DNA from: Actinomycetota bacterium
GTDB taxonomy: Bacteria > Armatimonadota > SYMT01
Assembly (NCBI GenBank): GCA_005805375.1
Contig: SYMT01000553.1
Span: 1 to 55,304, forward strand
DNA: 55,304 bases
Direction of reading: 5' to 3'
The notes below the pieces were generated by a model that saw only the letters and a program-made list of their open reading frames with translations, was not told where the DNA came from and made no database searches. Positions 44,058 to 53,852 of this stretch are shown piece after piece. How positions within the stretch are numbered: position 1 is the first letter of the stretch; each line of letters starts with the position of its first letter. Both the position numbers and the translations under genes were made by a program.

Positions 44058-45167
44058 ATGCCTGCTCTCACTATTCTGGGCGGAGGCAACACAGCCTTCG
44101 CAGTCGCGGCGAACCTGGCCCTGCGCGGCTGGGAAATCACCCTGTGCGAACTGCCGGAGTTTGCGTGGACCCTCGGTCCGATTCAGGCATCGCAGACGAT
44201 CCACCTGGATGGAGTCGCGGCCCGGGGTGCTGGAACCCTCGCGGAGATCACCACCGACTTCGGGGCGGCGCTCGCGCGAAACAGCGACGTGTTGTTGATC
44301 GTCCCAGCTTATGCGCACCGGCCCTTCGCGCAGGCTTGCGCGCCGTATCTCCGTGCGGGGCACCTGGTGACGTTGACGCCGGGGACGTTGGGCGCTCTCG
44401 AGTTCGCCGGCGTGCTCGCGGAGCACGGGATTGACGTCCGGACCGCCGGCATCACACTGGCGGAGACCGACACAGCTCCCTACGTCTGCCGCAAGGTTGC
44501 CCCGGACGCCGCGCACGTGTGGGGGGTAGTCAGCGGGCTCGGGGTGGGCGTTTACCCTGCCGTTCGGACCGCGGAGACCCTCCCCCGTCTGGAAGCGATC
44601 TTCACATGTGATGGCCGCGAGGGGACCCCTACCGCAGTGCGTGCCTACCCGCACGTACTCGCTTGTGGGCTCTCCGCCATGAACCCGGTGGTGCATCCAG
44701 CCGGCGTACTGCTGAATGCGGGTCGCGTTGAACGCTCCCGTGGCGAGTTCTATTTCTACGAAGAGGGGGTGACCCCGGCGGTCTGTGCGGTGATCGAGGC
44801 GCTGGATGCCGAACGTCGCGCCATCGGCGCGGCGCTCGGGCTTGAACTGACGCCCGTGGCGGCGGCATTCCATGCGGCCGGATTCGGGCCTGCCGGTGAC
44901 CTCTGGGCTGCCATCAACGGCAGCCGGATGTTGACCCAGCTCCGGGCTCCCGGGGCAGTGCGGACCCGCTGGCTGACCGAAGATGTCCCGTACGGAATCG
45001 GTGTGTGGGCCCAACTCGGCCGGCAAATCGGCATAGCCACGCCGGTCATGGATGCGCTGCACGTTCTCGGCCGGACGGCGGCAGCGATTGCGCCTGAAGA
45101 AGGACGCACACTCGGGCAACTCGGTCTGGCCGGGCTGACTCCGGCCGAAATGCTGGGGATGATGTAG
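44058..45167 (+). CDS. NAD/NADP octopine/nopaline (opine) dehydrogenase family protein
   Basis: The N-terminal Rossmann segment is LTILGGGNTAFAVAANLALRG. The C-terminal helical-domain pattern is NPVVHPAGVLLNAGRVE...FYFYEEGVTP...ERRAIGAALG...RWLTEDVPYG. Confidence 0.8.
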   Translation: MPALTILGGGNTAFAVAANLALRGWEITLCELPEFAWTLGPIQASQTIHLDGVAARGAGTLAEITTDFGAALARNSDVLLIVPAYAHRPFAQACAPYLRAGHLVTLTPGTLGALEFAGVLAEHGIDVRTAGITLAETDTAPYVCRKVAPDAAHVWGVVSGLGVGVYPAVRTAETLPRLEAIFTCDGREGTPTAVRAYPHVLACGLSAMNPVVHPAGVLLNAGRVERSRGEFYFYEEGVTPAVCAVIEALDAERRAIGAALGLELTPVAAAFHAAGFGPAGDLWAAINGSRMLTQLRAPGAVRTRWLTEDVPYGIGVWAQLGRQIGIATPVMDALHVLGRTAAAIAPEEGRTLGQLGLAGLTPAEMLGMM

Positions 45168-45509
45168 CGAGAGGCGCGCTTCCAGTCGCCGGCTCACCCT
45201 CACGCCCGGAGTCGGCTCGGCTGGACGGTATGGATGAGAGCCGGAAACCCGAAGCTGGCGCGCTATCCGGCGCCCGGCGCGCGTCGAATCCCTGTAGGCG
45301 TGGAGGATCCGGTCTGCGGGCAGGAGTTCGGCGGGGAGGCGTGCAACTGCACTGCGGCTCACGGCTGGTCCCGACAACTCGAGACCACGTGGGCCGGCTG
45401 CCCGACGCGGATCGTCTGCCTCTGAGTTTCTCTGGTCCCCCTCCGTGGGCTCGGATGCCCGGGCGCTCGCCCGGATCTGGCTCGAAGGCGCGACTTCAGC
45501 ACAAAGAGT

Positions 45510-48500
45510 GTGCCAATCATGACATCGTGGACCGAAACCAGGATCCGGCGCGGCGCAGTGCGCACCGGGTTACTCCTTTGCCTGCTCGCCGCCGTGCTCG
45601 CCATGCTCGGTGGGGCTACCGGCACCCGCGCGCAGGAAGCCGGGAGTTCCCTCGTGGACTATGACGTACAGCCGGAAAAGCCGGTTGCACCTCGGGTCAT
45701 CAACCTGCGAGAAATCATCGCGCTTTATGGACCGCACGTCGGCGCCCCTGCTCGCGATGCCCGGGTAATCCCGCTCGGGCGCGCAGACGATTTCACGCCT
45801 GCTCCCCCTCCGGACCCGGCCCGCAACGGACCGCACCCCTTGTCGGGGTCGGCCCGCAGCACCCAGCCGCTCGCTCCCACCGCCCTACGCGCCTTTGATG
45901 GGTTGCCGAATCAGCCGGCTCTCCCCCCGGACGGCGGCATGGCCGTCGGCCCGAATCACATCATCAGCGCCGGCAATTCCGCGTTCACCATTCTAAACAA
46001 GACCACCGGGCAGCGACTGGCCACTGTGCAGTATGCTGCGTTTTTCAGCCAGGTAGACCCCCTGCCCGGTCCGTTTGACCCCAGGGTGGACTTCGATCCC
46101 GAATCCGGCCGCTTCTACAACCTCATCCTGAACATTGACGATCCGGGGAGGCAAAGTCGTCTCGACATCGCCGTTTCCCAATCCAGCGATCCGTTGGGGA
46201 GTTGGTTTCTCTACAGCTTCAACGTAGCGGAAAACTCCGGCGCGGAGTGGATGGACTATCCGACCCTGGGATACAACGCGCAGGCGCTCTTCGTGGGCGG
46301 AAACACCTTTACATTCCCGCTTGCCACGGCGTCCTTCCGCGGGGGTTCGCTGCGCATCTTCGACAAGCAGCGGATGTTGAACGGCCAGAGCGTCACGCCC
46401 ACGACACTCACGCGATTCAACGCCGCTAACGGTGGCGCGTTCACTGTGCAACCGGCGACCTGTCACGATCCGGGCCAGACCACCGAGTTTATGGTGGAGG
46501 TGCGGAACGGCGCACTCGGCATCTATCGCGTGACGAATGCGCTGGTCGCTACTCCCACGATCACATTCACCTTTGCGCCGCTCCCGGCGTTCGGCAATCC
46601 ACCAGGGATGGCTCAGTCCGGCAGCGGACTGAGCCTGGATGGCGGCGACGTTCGGATGGGGAACTTCATCCTCAAGAGCGGCCAACTCTGGGGGACCTCG
46701 GGGATCGGCGCCTCCGTGGGAGGCACTGGGAGGGGTCAAGTCCGTGTCTACCAGCTCGCCCCCACTGGACTCGGGACGCTCCAGCAGGTTTTCACCGTCA
46801 CACACCCCACGCTCAACCTGCACTATCCCAGTCTGGACATGGACGGCTTCGGCAACATCCTGCTCGGCTTCAGTTGCGCCAACAATACAATCAACGTGTC
46901 CTCTGGGGTTTCACTCAGACCGGCGGGGGCGGCCGAGTTCACGACGCCGATCATCATCACGCCCGGAACCGTGGGGTACAATCCGGGCGGCGGACTGAAC
47001 CGGTGGGGGGACTACAGCGACACCCAGTTCGATCCGTCCGACCCGGCGGTTGTCTGGACCCAGCACGAACTCGCCGTGACCCTCACGACGTGGAAACTGC
47101 GGGTTCACGCGATCCGCACGGTGGACGAGCAGATTACCGTGGTAAGCCCGAACGGCGGGGAGGCGGTGCGGCCGGGCGACAACGTCAGGGTGCGATGGCA
47201 GGTCACGGGGTTCACGGCCCCGGGAGATGTGCGGATTGATCTGTCGCTGGACGGCGGCGTCACGTTCCCTACGGCACTGACCACCAGCACTCCGAACGAC
47301 GGAGAATTCACCTTCGTCACCCCGATGGTATCGAGCAACATGGCGCGAGTGCGCGTGCGGCACCTGACTCGCGCGGGAATTGAGGACACCAGCGATGCCA
47401 ATTTCGGCATCGTGGACGGTGAACTGGATGTGCTCGAACCGAACGGCGGGGAATCGTACGTGGTAGGGCGTCCCCTCCTGGTGCGCTGGTCCCGATCGGG
47501 TTCGGCGCTCACCGACAGCCCTAACGTTCGTATTGAGCTCTCGCGTGACGATGGCGCCACGTTCAGCACGCTCGCAGCCAGTACGCCCAACGATGGGCAG
47601 GAGACCTTCACCACCACGGCGCCGGCAACCGATCTGGCATTCGTCCGTATCACGACCCTCAGTCCGTTCGTGTTCACGGACGACAGCGACGACTTGTTCT
47701 CGATCACCGAACCTGCAGCGATCACGCTGGTCTCGCCCAATGGAGGCGAGTTGCTCCCAATCGGCGAATCCGGGGAGGTCATTACCTGGCGCAGCAGTGG
47801 CTTTGCGGGGAACGTGCGGCTGGAACTGTCCCGCGATGGGGGTGTCACGTTCGGATCGCTGATCGCGAGTACCCCCAATGACGGGAGCGCGCCGATTGTC
47901 TGGCCGGGCCCGGAGACCGCCCTCGCGCGACTGCGGATCAGCAAGGCGGATGAGCCGGGGGTGAGTGACCTGAGCAACGGGACCTTCAACCTCGTGAACC
48001 CCACGATTGCCGTGCGGTCCCCTGCTGCCGGTCAATCGGTGCTGGGGGGAGGTCAGGTAAACGTGTTGTGGGACACCAAGGGTGTGGACGTTTCGAAGAC
48101 AGTGGCCATCCTGCTCTCCAGAGATGGCGGTGCGAGTTTCCCGACGACGCTGGCCAGCAACTCGCCGAACGACGGCAATGAGGTAGTCACCGTGCCCGGG
48201 CCGCCCGCACCGAATGCTGTGATCCGGGTGCTGAAGGAGCCGAACCCGGCGATCCGGGGCGATTCGGGGGTGTTTCGGATCGCGAATCCGGACATCCAGC
48301 TCACCGCTCCGAACGGCGGCGAGACTCTGGAAATCGGCAGCCAGTTCACGATCACCTGGGCCGGTTCGGTGGTCGGAAACGGCACGGTGACCATCCAGTT
48401 CTCGTCCGATGGCCGGCGTTTCAGCACCATCGTCCGTGGAACCCCGAACGACGGGGCGCAGACCATCCGCGTCAACCTCACCGCCACGCGCCGGGGGATC

Positions 48501-48584
48501 ATGCGCATCCTGTGGGACACAGACGCGGCAACACGGGACGACTCAAACCGCACCTTCAACGTCGTCCGGAGCCGTCGCCGATGA
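45510..48584 (+). CDS. Large secreted protein: roughly 530-aa N-terminal domain of unknown family plus five tandem roughly 95-aa Ig-like repeats
   Basis: The signal peptide is GLLLCLLAAVLAMLGGATGTRAQEA; ATG 45519 is an alternative start. The repeats share the pattern (S/A)PNGGE...W......V.I.LSRDGG.TF..L...TPNDG and begin at about 47131. Confidence 0.75.
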   Translation: MPIMTSWTETRIRRGAVRTGLLLCLLAAVLAMLGGATGTRAQEAGSSLVDYDVQPEKPVAPRVINLREIIALYGPHVGAPARDARVIPLGRADDFTPAPPPDPARNGPHPLSGSARSTQPLAPTALRAFDGLPNQPALPPDGGMAVGPNHIISAGNSAFTILNKTTGQRLATVQYAAFFSQVDPLPGPFDPRVDFDPESGRFYNLILNIDDPGRQSRLDIAVSQSSDPLGSWFLYSFNVAENSGAEWMDYPTLGYNAQALFVGGNTFTFPLATASFRGGSLRIFDKQRMLNGQSVTPTTLTRFNAANGGAFTVQPATCHDPGQTTEFMVEVRNGALGIYRVTNALVATPTITFTFAPLPAFGNPPGMAQSGSGLSLDGGDVRMGNFILKSGQLWGTSGIGASVGGTGRGQVRVYQLAPTGLGTLQQVFTVTHPTLNLHYPSLDMDGFGNILLGFSCANNTINVSSGVSLRPAGAAEFTTPIIITPGTVGYNPGGGLNRWGDYSDTQFDPSDPAVVWTQHELAVTLTTWKLRVHAIRTVDEQITVVSPNGGEAVRPGDNVRVRWQVTGFTAPGDVRIDLSLDGGVTFPTALTTSTPNDGEFTFVTPMVSSNMARVRVRHLTRAGIEDTSDANFGIVDGELDVLEPNGGESYVVGRPLLVRWSRSGSALTDSPNVRIELSRDDGATFSTLAASTPNDGQETFTTTAPATDLAFVRITTLSPFVFTDDSDDLFSITEPAAITLVSPNGGELLPIGESGEVITWRSSGFAGNVRLELSRDGGVTFGSLIASTPNDGSAPIVWPGPETALARLRISKADEPGVSDLSNGTFNLVNPTIAVRSPAAGQSVLGGGQVNVLWDTKGVDVSKTVAILLSRDGGASFPTTLASNSPNDGNEVVTVPGPPAPNAVIRVLKEPNPAIRGDSGVFRIANPDIQLTAPNGGETLEIGSQFTITWAGSVVGNGTVTIQFSSDGRRFSTIVRGTPNDGAQTIRVNLTATRRGIMRILWDTDAATRDDSNRTFNVVRSRRR

Positions 48585-48591
48585 TCGCTCG

Positions 48592-50172
48592 ATGATGGAA
48601 GGTAGTCCCGGCTTCGTGGTCGTGGGAGCAGGGGCCGCCGGCCTCGCAGCCGCAGTGACTCTGGCCCGCGCAGGCGCCAGGGTCACTGTGCTGGAGCAGG
48701 CGGAGCAGCCCGGCGGTTTGGCCCGGTACGCCGCGGAGCGGCCCGGGTGGGCGGGGGGTACGCACCTGCTCCCGGCTGCCGGACTGCCGGACCTGCTCGG
48801 TGACCTGGGTGTCCGGGACCAGGTCGAACTAGTCTCGCTTGACCCCGCATATGCCGTCCTTCTCCCGCGGCACACCTACTCCGCCCGCACACCGGTGGCC
48901 TTGCGCCACGAGCTGAGCGCTCTGTGGCCCTCTGAGGCGCCCGGTATCGAGCGCTGGTTTGGGGAGCTCGAGCGACTTGCCGAACTCGCGCGAGGCTCCC
49001 GGCTGGTCGAGCCGCCGGCGGAACTCGACGCGGTACGCAATGACACGCTGGCGGACGGGCTGAATCGGTGTGTGCATGATCCGGAGTTGCGTGCGGCATT
49101 CGGCGCGCTGTGGCCTTTCCTGGGACTGCCGCCTGGACGCGTCTCCGCATTGCACTACGCACTCCGCTGGCAGGAACTGCACACAGCGGGCGCCACGAGC
49201 GTGCGCGGCGGGACCCAGGCGCTTGTGCGCGCGCTGTGCGATCGGGTCACATCCCTGGGCGGAGAGATCCGCTGCGGCACTCCGGTCGAGCGCGTGTTGC
49301 GGCGCGGCGGGCAGGTGTTCGGGGTGCGTCTGGCGGATGGATCGGAAATCCTGACCCGTGCCATCGTATGTACCGCCGGTCCGCAGGACCTGTTCGAAGA
49401 GTTGCTGGCCGACCCGGAGCAGAATCCGGCGGGGTATCCGGCGCTCCGCGCCGGATACATCACTTCGCTCTCAGCGCTGCACGTGCATCTGGAACTGTCT
49501 GAGGCCCCGCAGTTGCCCGCTCGCACGCTCCTGGTGCATCGGGACTACGAGCCGGACGACGCGTACCGGGACCTCCAGCACAGCGAGCCGGAGTTTCGCG
49601 CCTTCGTGTGCTCCCTGTGGGAACCGTGGGAACAGGACGATGCGGGGCAGTCCGAACAGAAGCGGGTCCTGTCGCTGTTTGCACCGTTTCCGTATTCCCG
49701 CTATGACCTCTGGGGTGCGCCGTTCGAGACCCGGCGCACGGAGGCGTACCGCACTGAACCCGAGTACGTGGAACTGCGGGAGCAACTGGCGGATGATCTG
49801 GTGGAAGCGGCTGACGCGGTGCTGCCGGGTCTCGCCGCGGCGGTGTGTGCCCGCCATGTCGAGACCCCGCTGACGCTCGAACGCCTGACGTGGAACACTG
49901 GTGGCGCCGCTTACGGCTGGGCGCCCATCCCTGCGCAGAGCGGTGCGCGGTACCCTGATGTCGAAACCCCGTTCCGGGGTCTGCTCCTGGCCGGACAATG
50001 GACTTTCCCCGGCGGAAGTTTGCCCGGCGCACTGCGCTCAGGGATTCAGGCCGCCCGGCGCGCGCTCCTCGAACCTGAGCCCGAAGGTTCGATTCTTGAG
50101 GCAACGACCGGCAGAAAACCCGGTACCACCTCGAGCCGGCAGGCGCGCCGCAATCAGCCGCCGCGCCGGTGA
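48592..50172 (+). CDS. FAD-dependent oxidoreductase of the phytoene-desaturase (CrtI-like) / amine-oxidase superfamily
   Basis: The ATG at 48592 (MMEGSPGFVVVGAGAAGLAAAVTLARAGARVTVLEQAEQPGG) gives a GxGxxG...E dinucleotide fold. The C-terminal GLLLAGQWTFPGGSLPGALRSG is a typical FAD-binding end. Confidence 0.8.
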   Translation: MMEGSPGFVVVGAGAAGLAAAVTLARAGARVTVLEQAEQPGGLARYAAERPGWAGGTHLLPAAGLPDLLGDLGVRDQVELVSLDPAYAVLLPRHTYSARTPVALRHELSALWPSEAPGIERWFGELERLAELARGSRLVEPPAELDAVRNDTLADGLNRCVHDPELRAAFGALWPFLGLPPGRVSALHYALRWQELHTAGATSVRGGTQALVRALCDRVTSLGGEIRCGTPVERVLRRGGQVFGVRLADGSEILTRAIVCTAGPQDLFEELLADPEQNPAGYPALRAGYITSLSALHVHLELSEAPQLPARTLLVHRDYEPDDAYRDLQHSEPEFRAFVCSLWEPWEQDDAGQSEQKRVLSLFAPFPYSRYDLWGAPFETRRTEAYRTEPEYVELREQLADDLVEAADAVLPGLAAAVCARHVETPLTLERLTWNTGGAAYGWAPIPAQSGARYPDVETPFRGLLLAGQWTFPGGSLPGALRSGIQAARRALLEPEPEGSILEATTGRKPGTTSSRQARRNQPPRR

Positions 50173-50353
50173 CAGCCGGCGCTGTCGTTGCAACACGCAG
50201 CGACCCACAAGGATGGAAAGCCGTGAAGGGGCGTAACTGCCGGGCGCCGGAGGGACAGGCAGTGAAGCGGGTCAGTTGCCGGCGGACCCATTGTGATGCC
50301 CGGGGGCGGCCGGTGTTGGCTCTGGGGGGAGGCCCCACGCGTCACGATCGAGG

Positions 50354-52327
50354 CTACCGGGTTTCGGGGGCGCTGCGGAGGCCCTCGCACAGCAGGTACT
50401 CCGTCGCGGCGCCTGCCTGAGAGTGCGGGACTTCGCGGAGAATTGGGCCTTCGGCTCGACCGAACTGCAATTCCAGCGTGCGCGCGGTCCCACGAAGCCC
50501 CGGAGGCCGGCCCGGAGAGGTTGCGAAGATCGGGGAGTACTCTTCCTGCCTGCTGAACAGGAGCGTGTTGAGGCAGCGCAGGGCGTGGAATGCGGGCCGG
50601 GGGTTACAGTGTGGGTCGAGCAGCCCGTGGGAGACGTCCATGGTGCGGTCCAGATCCACGAGGGGTTCCACATAGACGCGGTTCCCACGAGGAGTGGCCG
50701 ATCCGAACAGTGCGAGGACCGCCTGGTCGGTATTCACCGGATCGGCACATCCGGCGAGTTCGGTCCGCAGATCCAGTGCGCCGATGTGGGAGAACGCCGT
50801 CAGCGCGGTGATGGTCGCCCTGGTCGCACCGAGCTCTTCGGGGCCGGGCAGCCCAACGACCACCCGGTCTACGTGTACTCCCGCCGCGGCGAGAAGTTCG
50901 TTGAGCGCGTCGAGCTCTTCAGGACGGTAGGCGAGGCGCGTCCGGTGATGCTGTTTGCCCGGCACGCGATCGTTGGGCTCGATCGGTGACAATGCGATGG
51001 GCAGTCCGGTGGCGCGGCGGAATGCCTGGATGCCTGCCAGATTAGCCGGCGTGGGAGATCCGCCTGGAATCTGGAACTCCCACTCATCCACAGGAGCGCC
51101 GGGAGTCGGGAACGCCGGCGTCGTCGCGACGAGGAGCGACATGGCGCGCACCGACACTCCCTCCTCCCGGAGGAGCGCCAGGCGGCGTGTCTGAAGCGGA
51201 CTCGCGAGGTCGCTTGCGGGAGTGCGCACGTAGCGTACTCCCAGTTCCAGAAGGGCGAGAAACGGGTAGTCGTTGCGCACCGGCTGACGCACGACGGAAG
51301 GCCAGGCCAGCGGTACTTCGGCTCGGGTGCAGAGTGCGTGGCGCAAGGTCACACCGAGCGGTGAGGCGGGCAAGCCGGCGGAAGTCCGCGTCACCAGCCA
51401 TTGCCGGCGGCCGGCAGCGACCTCCGCGGGGAGGCGTTCAGTTCCGGCGGTGCGCACCAGATGAACGTCCAATCGTTCTCCGACGGCGCGGCCCAGGAGA
51501 AACCCCAGCTTGGGCGCATCATCTCGGCCCTGCTCCGGCGGCGGACCAGCGCAAAACGCGTGGCTGAAGCCGGGTCGGGTGAACGACGTCGAAGGAACCG
51601 TGTGGTACTGGGGCCCGCCGGTCCCGTCACCCAACCGATCGAAGAATCGCCAGTGAACGTGCGCTGCACACACGAGTTCGGGCCGGCTCCGCTGCAGCAG
51701 CGTCAGCAGCCGAGTTCGTGCCGGCTCTCCGATGTTGTCATAGTGGCCCAGGCCTGCCTCTGCAGGACTGTCAAGAAAGGGAGGCAGATGCAGCAACACC
51801 ACCAGCCGTCGTCCCCGGTCGGAACCAAGCGCCGTTTCCAGCCAGTCCCACTGCTCGGCTTCCTCCGGGAGTCCGGTGTTCAAAATCTGACTGTTCAGGA
51901 GTACGAAGCGCCAGGCACCAGATTCCATGCAGCGCCAAGATGGGCCAAAGCGGGCGTGGAAGTGTGCCAGAGAGGCCGGCGTGACCGGCTCCGTGGGCAT
52001 GGTCGGGTCCGGTTTGTCGCCGACATCGTGGTTTCCCGGCACTACCCACGGAGAAAACCCTGCGCGCTCCACAGCCCGGCAGGCATCGGTGACGGCATCG
52101 GAGAATCCGGGAGACTCCGGGAATGCCTGCACCAGATCGCCGAGATGGAAATCGAGATCCGCTCGGAGTGCCGCCGCCATCGCCATCGCGGTCTCGGCTC
52201 GGCGCGACTGGCGGAGGCGCGAGGCAAACTCGGCCCTCCCGTTCTCCGGGGCCAGCATCGCGTGGGTGTCCGCTACCAGCGTGAAGGTGAGCGCGGCAGG
52301 CTCCAGGAAGGAAGTGTCAAACATCAT
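50354..52327 (-). CDS. Metallophosphoesterase-domain protein with a roughly 380-aa C-terminal domain of unknown function
   Basis: Calcineurin-like motifs are present: LVADTH, HLGDLV, VPGNHD and LLHLPP. The C-terminal half is not recognised. Confidence 0.75.
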   Translation of the reverse strand: MMFDTSFLEPAALTFTLVADTHAMLAPENGRAEFASRLRQSRRAETAMAMAAALRADLDFHLGDLVQAFPESPGFSDAVTDACRAVERAGFSPWVVPGNHDVGDKPDPTMPTEPVTPASLAHFHARFGPSWRCMESGAWRFVLLNSQILNTGLPEEAEQWDWLETALGSDRGRRLVVLLHLPPFLDSPAEAGLGHYDNIGEPARTRLLTLLQRSRPELVCAAHVHWRFFDRLGDGTGGPQYHTVPSTSFTRPGFSHAFCAGPPPEQGRDDAPKLGFLLGRAVGERLDVHLVRTAGTERLPAEVAAGRRQWLVTRTSAGLPASPLGVTLRHALCTRAEVPLAWPSVVRQPVRNDYPFLALLELGVRYVRTPASDLASPLQTRRLALLREEGVSVRAMSLLVATTPAFPTPGAPVDEWEFQIPGGSPTPANLAGIQAFRRATGLPIALSPIEPNDRVPGKQHHRTRLAYRPEELDALNELLAAAGVHVDRVVVGLPGPEELGATRATITALTAFSHIGALDLRTELAGCADPVNTDQAVLALFGSATPRGNRVYVEPLVDLDRTMDVSHGLLDPHCNPRPAFHALRCLNTLLFSRQEEYSPIFATSPGRPPGLRGTARTLELQFGRAEGPILREVPHSQAGAATEYLLCEGLRSAPETR

Positions 52328-52352
52328 CCCGAACTCGGGTCCCCGGCTACTG

Positions 52353-52949
52353 CTACGGGGCCAGAATTCGGATGCGATGCGGCGGCCAGTAGCGAATCCA
52401 CGCCTTTGCCTGGATGTTCGCCTCCGGGAGCAGCCCCCACGCCCGGCTGTCGCTGCTTTCGTCGCGGTTGTCCCCCATCACAAAGAATGTGTGGTCGGGA
52501 ATGCGCTCCGCCGAGCGATCATCGTGCCAACTGTGACGCAGGTACGGCTCGTCGAGGTGTGTATCGTTGACAAAGACCCGGCTGTTGCGGATTTCGAGCA
52601 CCTCACCCGGAAGCCCGATCACACGCTTGACAAGGGCGGTATCGCATTGGAACGGGGGTACGAACACGACCACATCCCCGCGGGAGATCCCCTGGGAGAC
52701 CGCAAGCCGGCTGCCCAGGATTCGCTCACCCGCGAGGAGATTGGGTTCCATACACTCTCCGGTCACGCGGTAGCTCTGCAGGAACGCGGAGTGGACGACC
52801 GAAAGCAACAGTACCGTCAGGAAGGCGCACTCAAACCAGCGGTGAGAGCCGGGCGCCGTCCGCCGAGCGAAAGCTTCCCGCTCCCCCGCGTCGCTGGCGG
52901 GTGCGGCGAGCCGTTCGTGCATTCCTCTCGTCTCGGCCATACCTTCCAT
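52353..52949 (-). CDS. lepB: Signal peptidase I (LepB family) with Cys in place of the nucleophilic Ser
   Basis: The N-terminal TM segment is WFECAFLTVLLLSVV. Box B reads VTGECMEPNL where the family has (S/G)(D/S)SMxPTL. Box D is LVKRVIGLPGE. Box E is FVMGDNRDESSDSRAWG. Confidence 0.8.
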   Translation of the reverse strand: MEGMAETRGMHERLAAPASDAGEREAFARRTAPGSHRWFECAFLTVLLLSVVHSAFLQSYRVTGECMEPNLLAGERILGSRLAVSQGISRGDVVVFVPPFQCDTALVKRVIGLPGEVLEIRNSRVFVNDTHLDEPYLRHSWHDDRSAERIPDHTFFVMGDNRDESSDSRAWGLLPEANIQAKAWIRYWPPHRIRILAP

Positions 52950-52958
52950 AGTTGCCCT

Positions 52959-53852
52959 CTACGCGGCAGCCTGCTCGTCTGGAGCGGACAGCAGCGGGTA
53001 ACCGAGGTTCTCTCGCTGCTGCAGATAGGCCTGCGCCACCCGGCGGCAGATGTTCCGCACGCGATCAATGTAGCTGGCCCGTTCCGTCACTGAGATCGCA
53101 CCTCGCGCGTCGAGAATGTTGAACGTGTGACTGCACTTGAGCGCAAACTCGTAGGCGGGGACGACCAGACCCTCCTTCAGGATTCTATGCGCTTCCTGCT
53201 CATACATGTGAAATAGACGGAAGTGGAGGTCCGTATCTGCCTTGTCCAGGTTGTAGATCGAATGTTCGACCTCTGCGGTTCGGTCCAACTCCCCATAGGT
53301 GATTCCGCGCGCCCACTCCAGGTCCCAGAAACTGGCGGCGTTTTGCAAGAGGCAGCAGAGGCGCTCCGGCCCATAGGTAATCTCGACCGTCACCGGCCGG
53401 CACTCGAAGCCTCCGCTTTGTTGAAAGAAGGTGAACTGGGTGATTTCGTTCCCGTCCAACTCTACCTGCCAGCCCACCCCGGCAGCACCCAGCATCGGAC
53501 TCTCCCAGTCATCTTCCGTGAACTTGATGTCGTGCACCGCGGGGTCAATCCCCAGGTCGCGGAGACTGTCCAGATACAGGTCCACGATGTTTTCCGGCGA
53601 CGGCTTCATGATGACCTGGTACTGATAGTAATGTTGGACACGCATTGGGTTGCGGGCATAGCGACTGTCAGCCGGCCGCCGGCTCGGTTGCACGTAAGCG
53701 GCGTTGAACGGTTCCGGCCCCAGGCTGCGCAGAAAGGTTCCAGGATGGTACGTCCCAGCGCCCATCTCCGCATCCCAGGGTTGGAGAACAACACAGCCCT
53801 GGTTGGACCAGAATTGTTCCAGACGCGAAAGGAGTCCCTGAAAGGTGATCAT
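52959..53852 (-). CDS. glyQ: Glycine--tRNA ligase alpha subunit
   Basis: The sequence [27 protein letters not shown]...GAGTYHP...[13 protein letters not shown]...[12 protein letters not shown]...[19 protein letters not shown] is an unmistakable GlyQ. Confidence 0.95.
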   Translation of the reverse strand: MITFQGLLSRLEQFWSNQGCVVLQPWDAEMGAGTYHPGTFLRSLGPEPFNAAYVQPSRRPADSRYARNPMRVQHYYQYQVIMKPSPENIVDLYLDSLRDLGIDPAVHDIKFTEDDWESPMLGAAGVGWQVELDGNEITQFTFFQQSGGFECRPVTVEITYGPERLCCLLQNAASFWDLEWARGITYGELDRTAEVEHSIYNLDKADTDLHFRLFHMYEQEAHRILKEGLVVPAYEFALKCSHTFNILDARGAISVTERASYIDRVRNICRRVAQAYLQQRENLGYPLLSAPDEQAAA

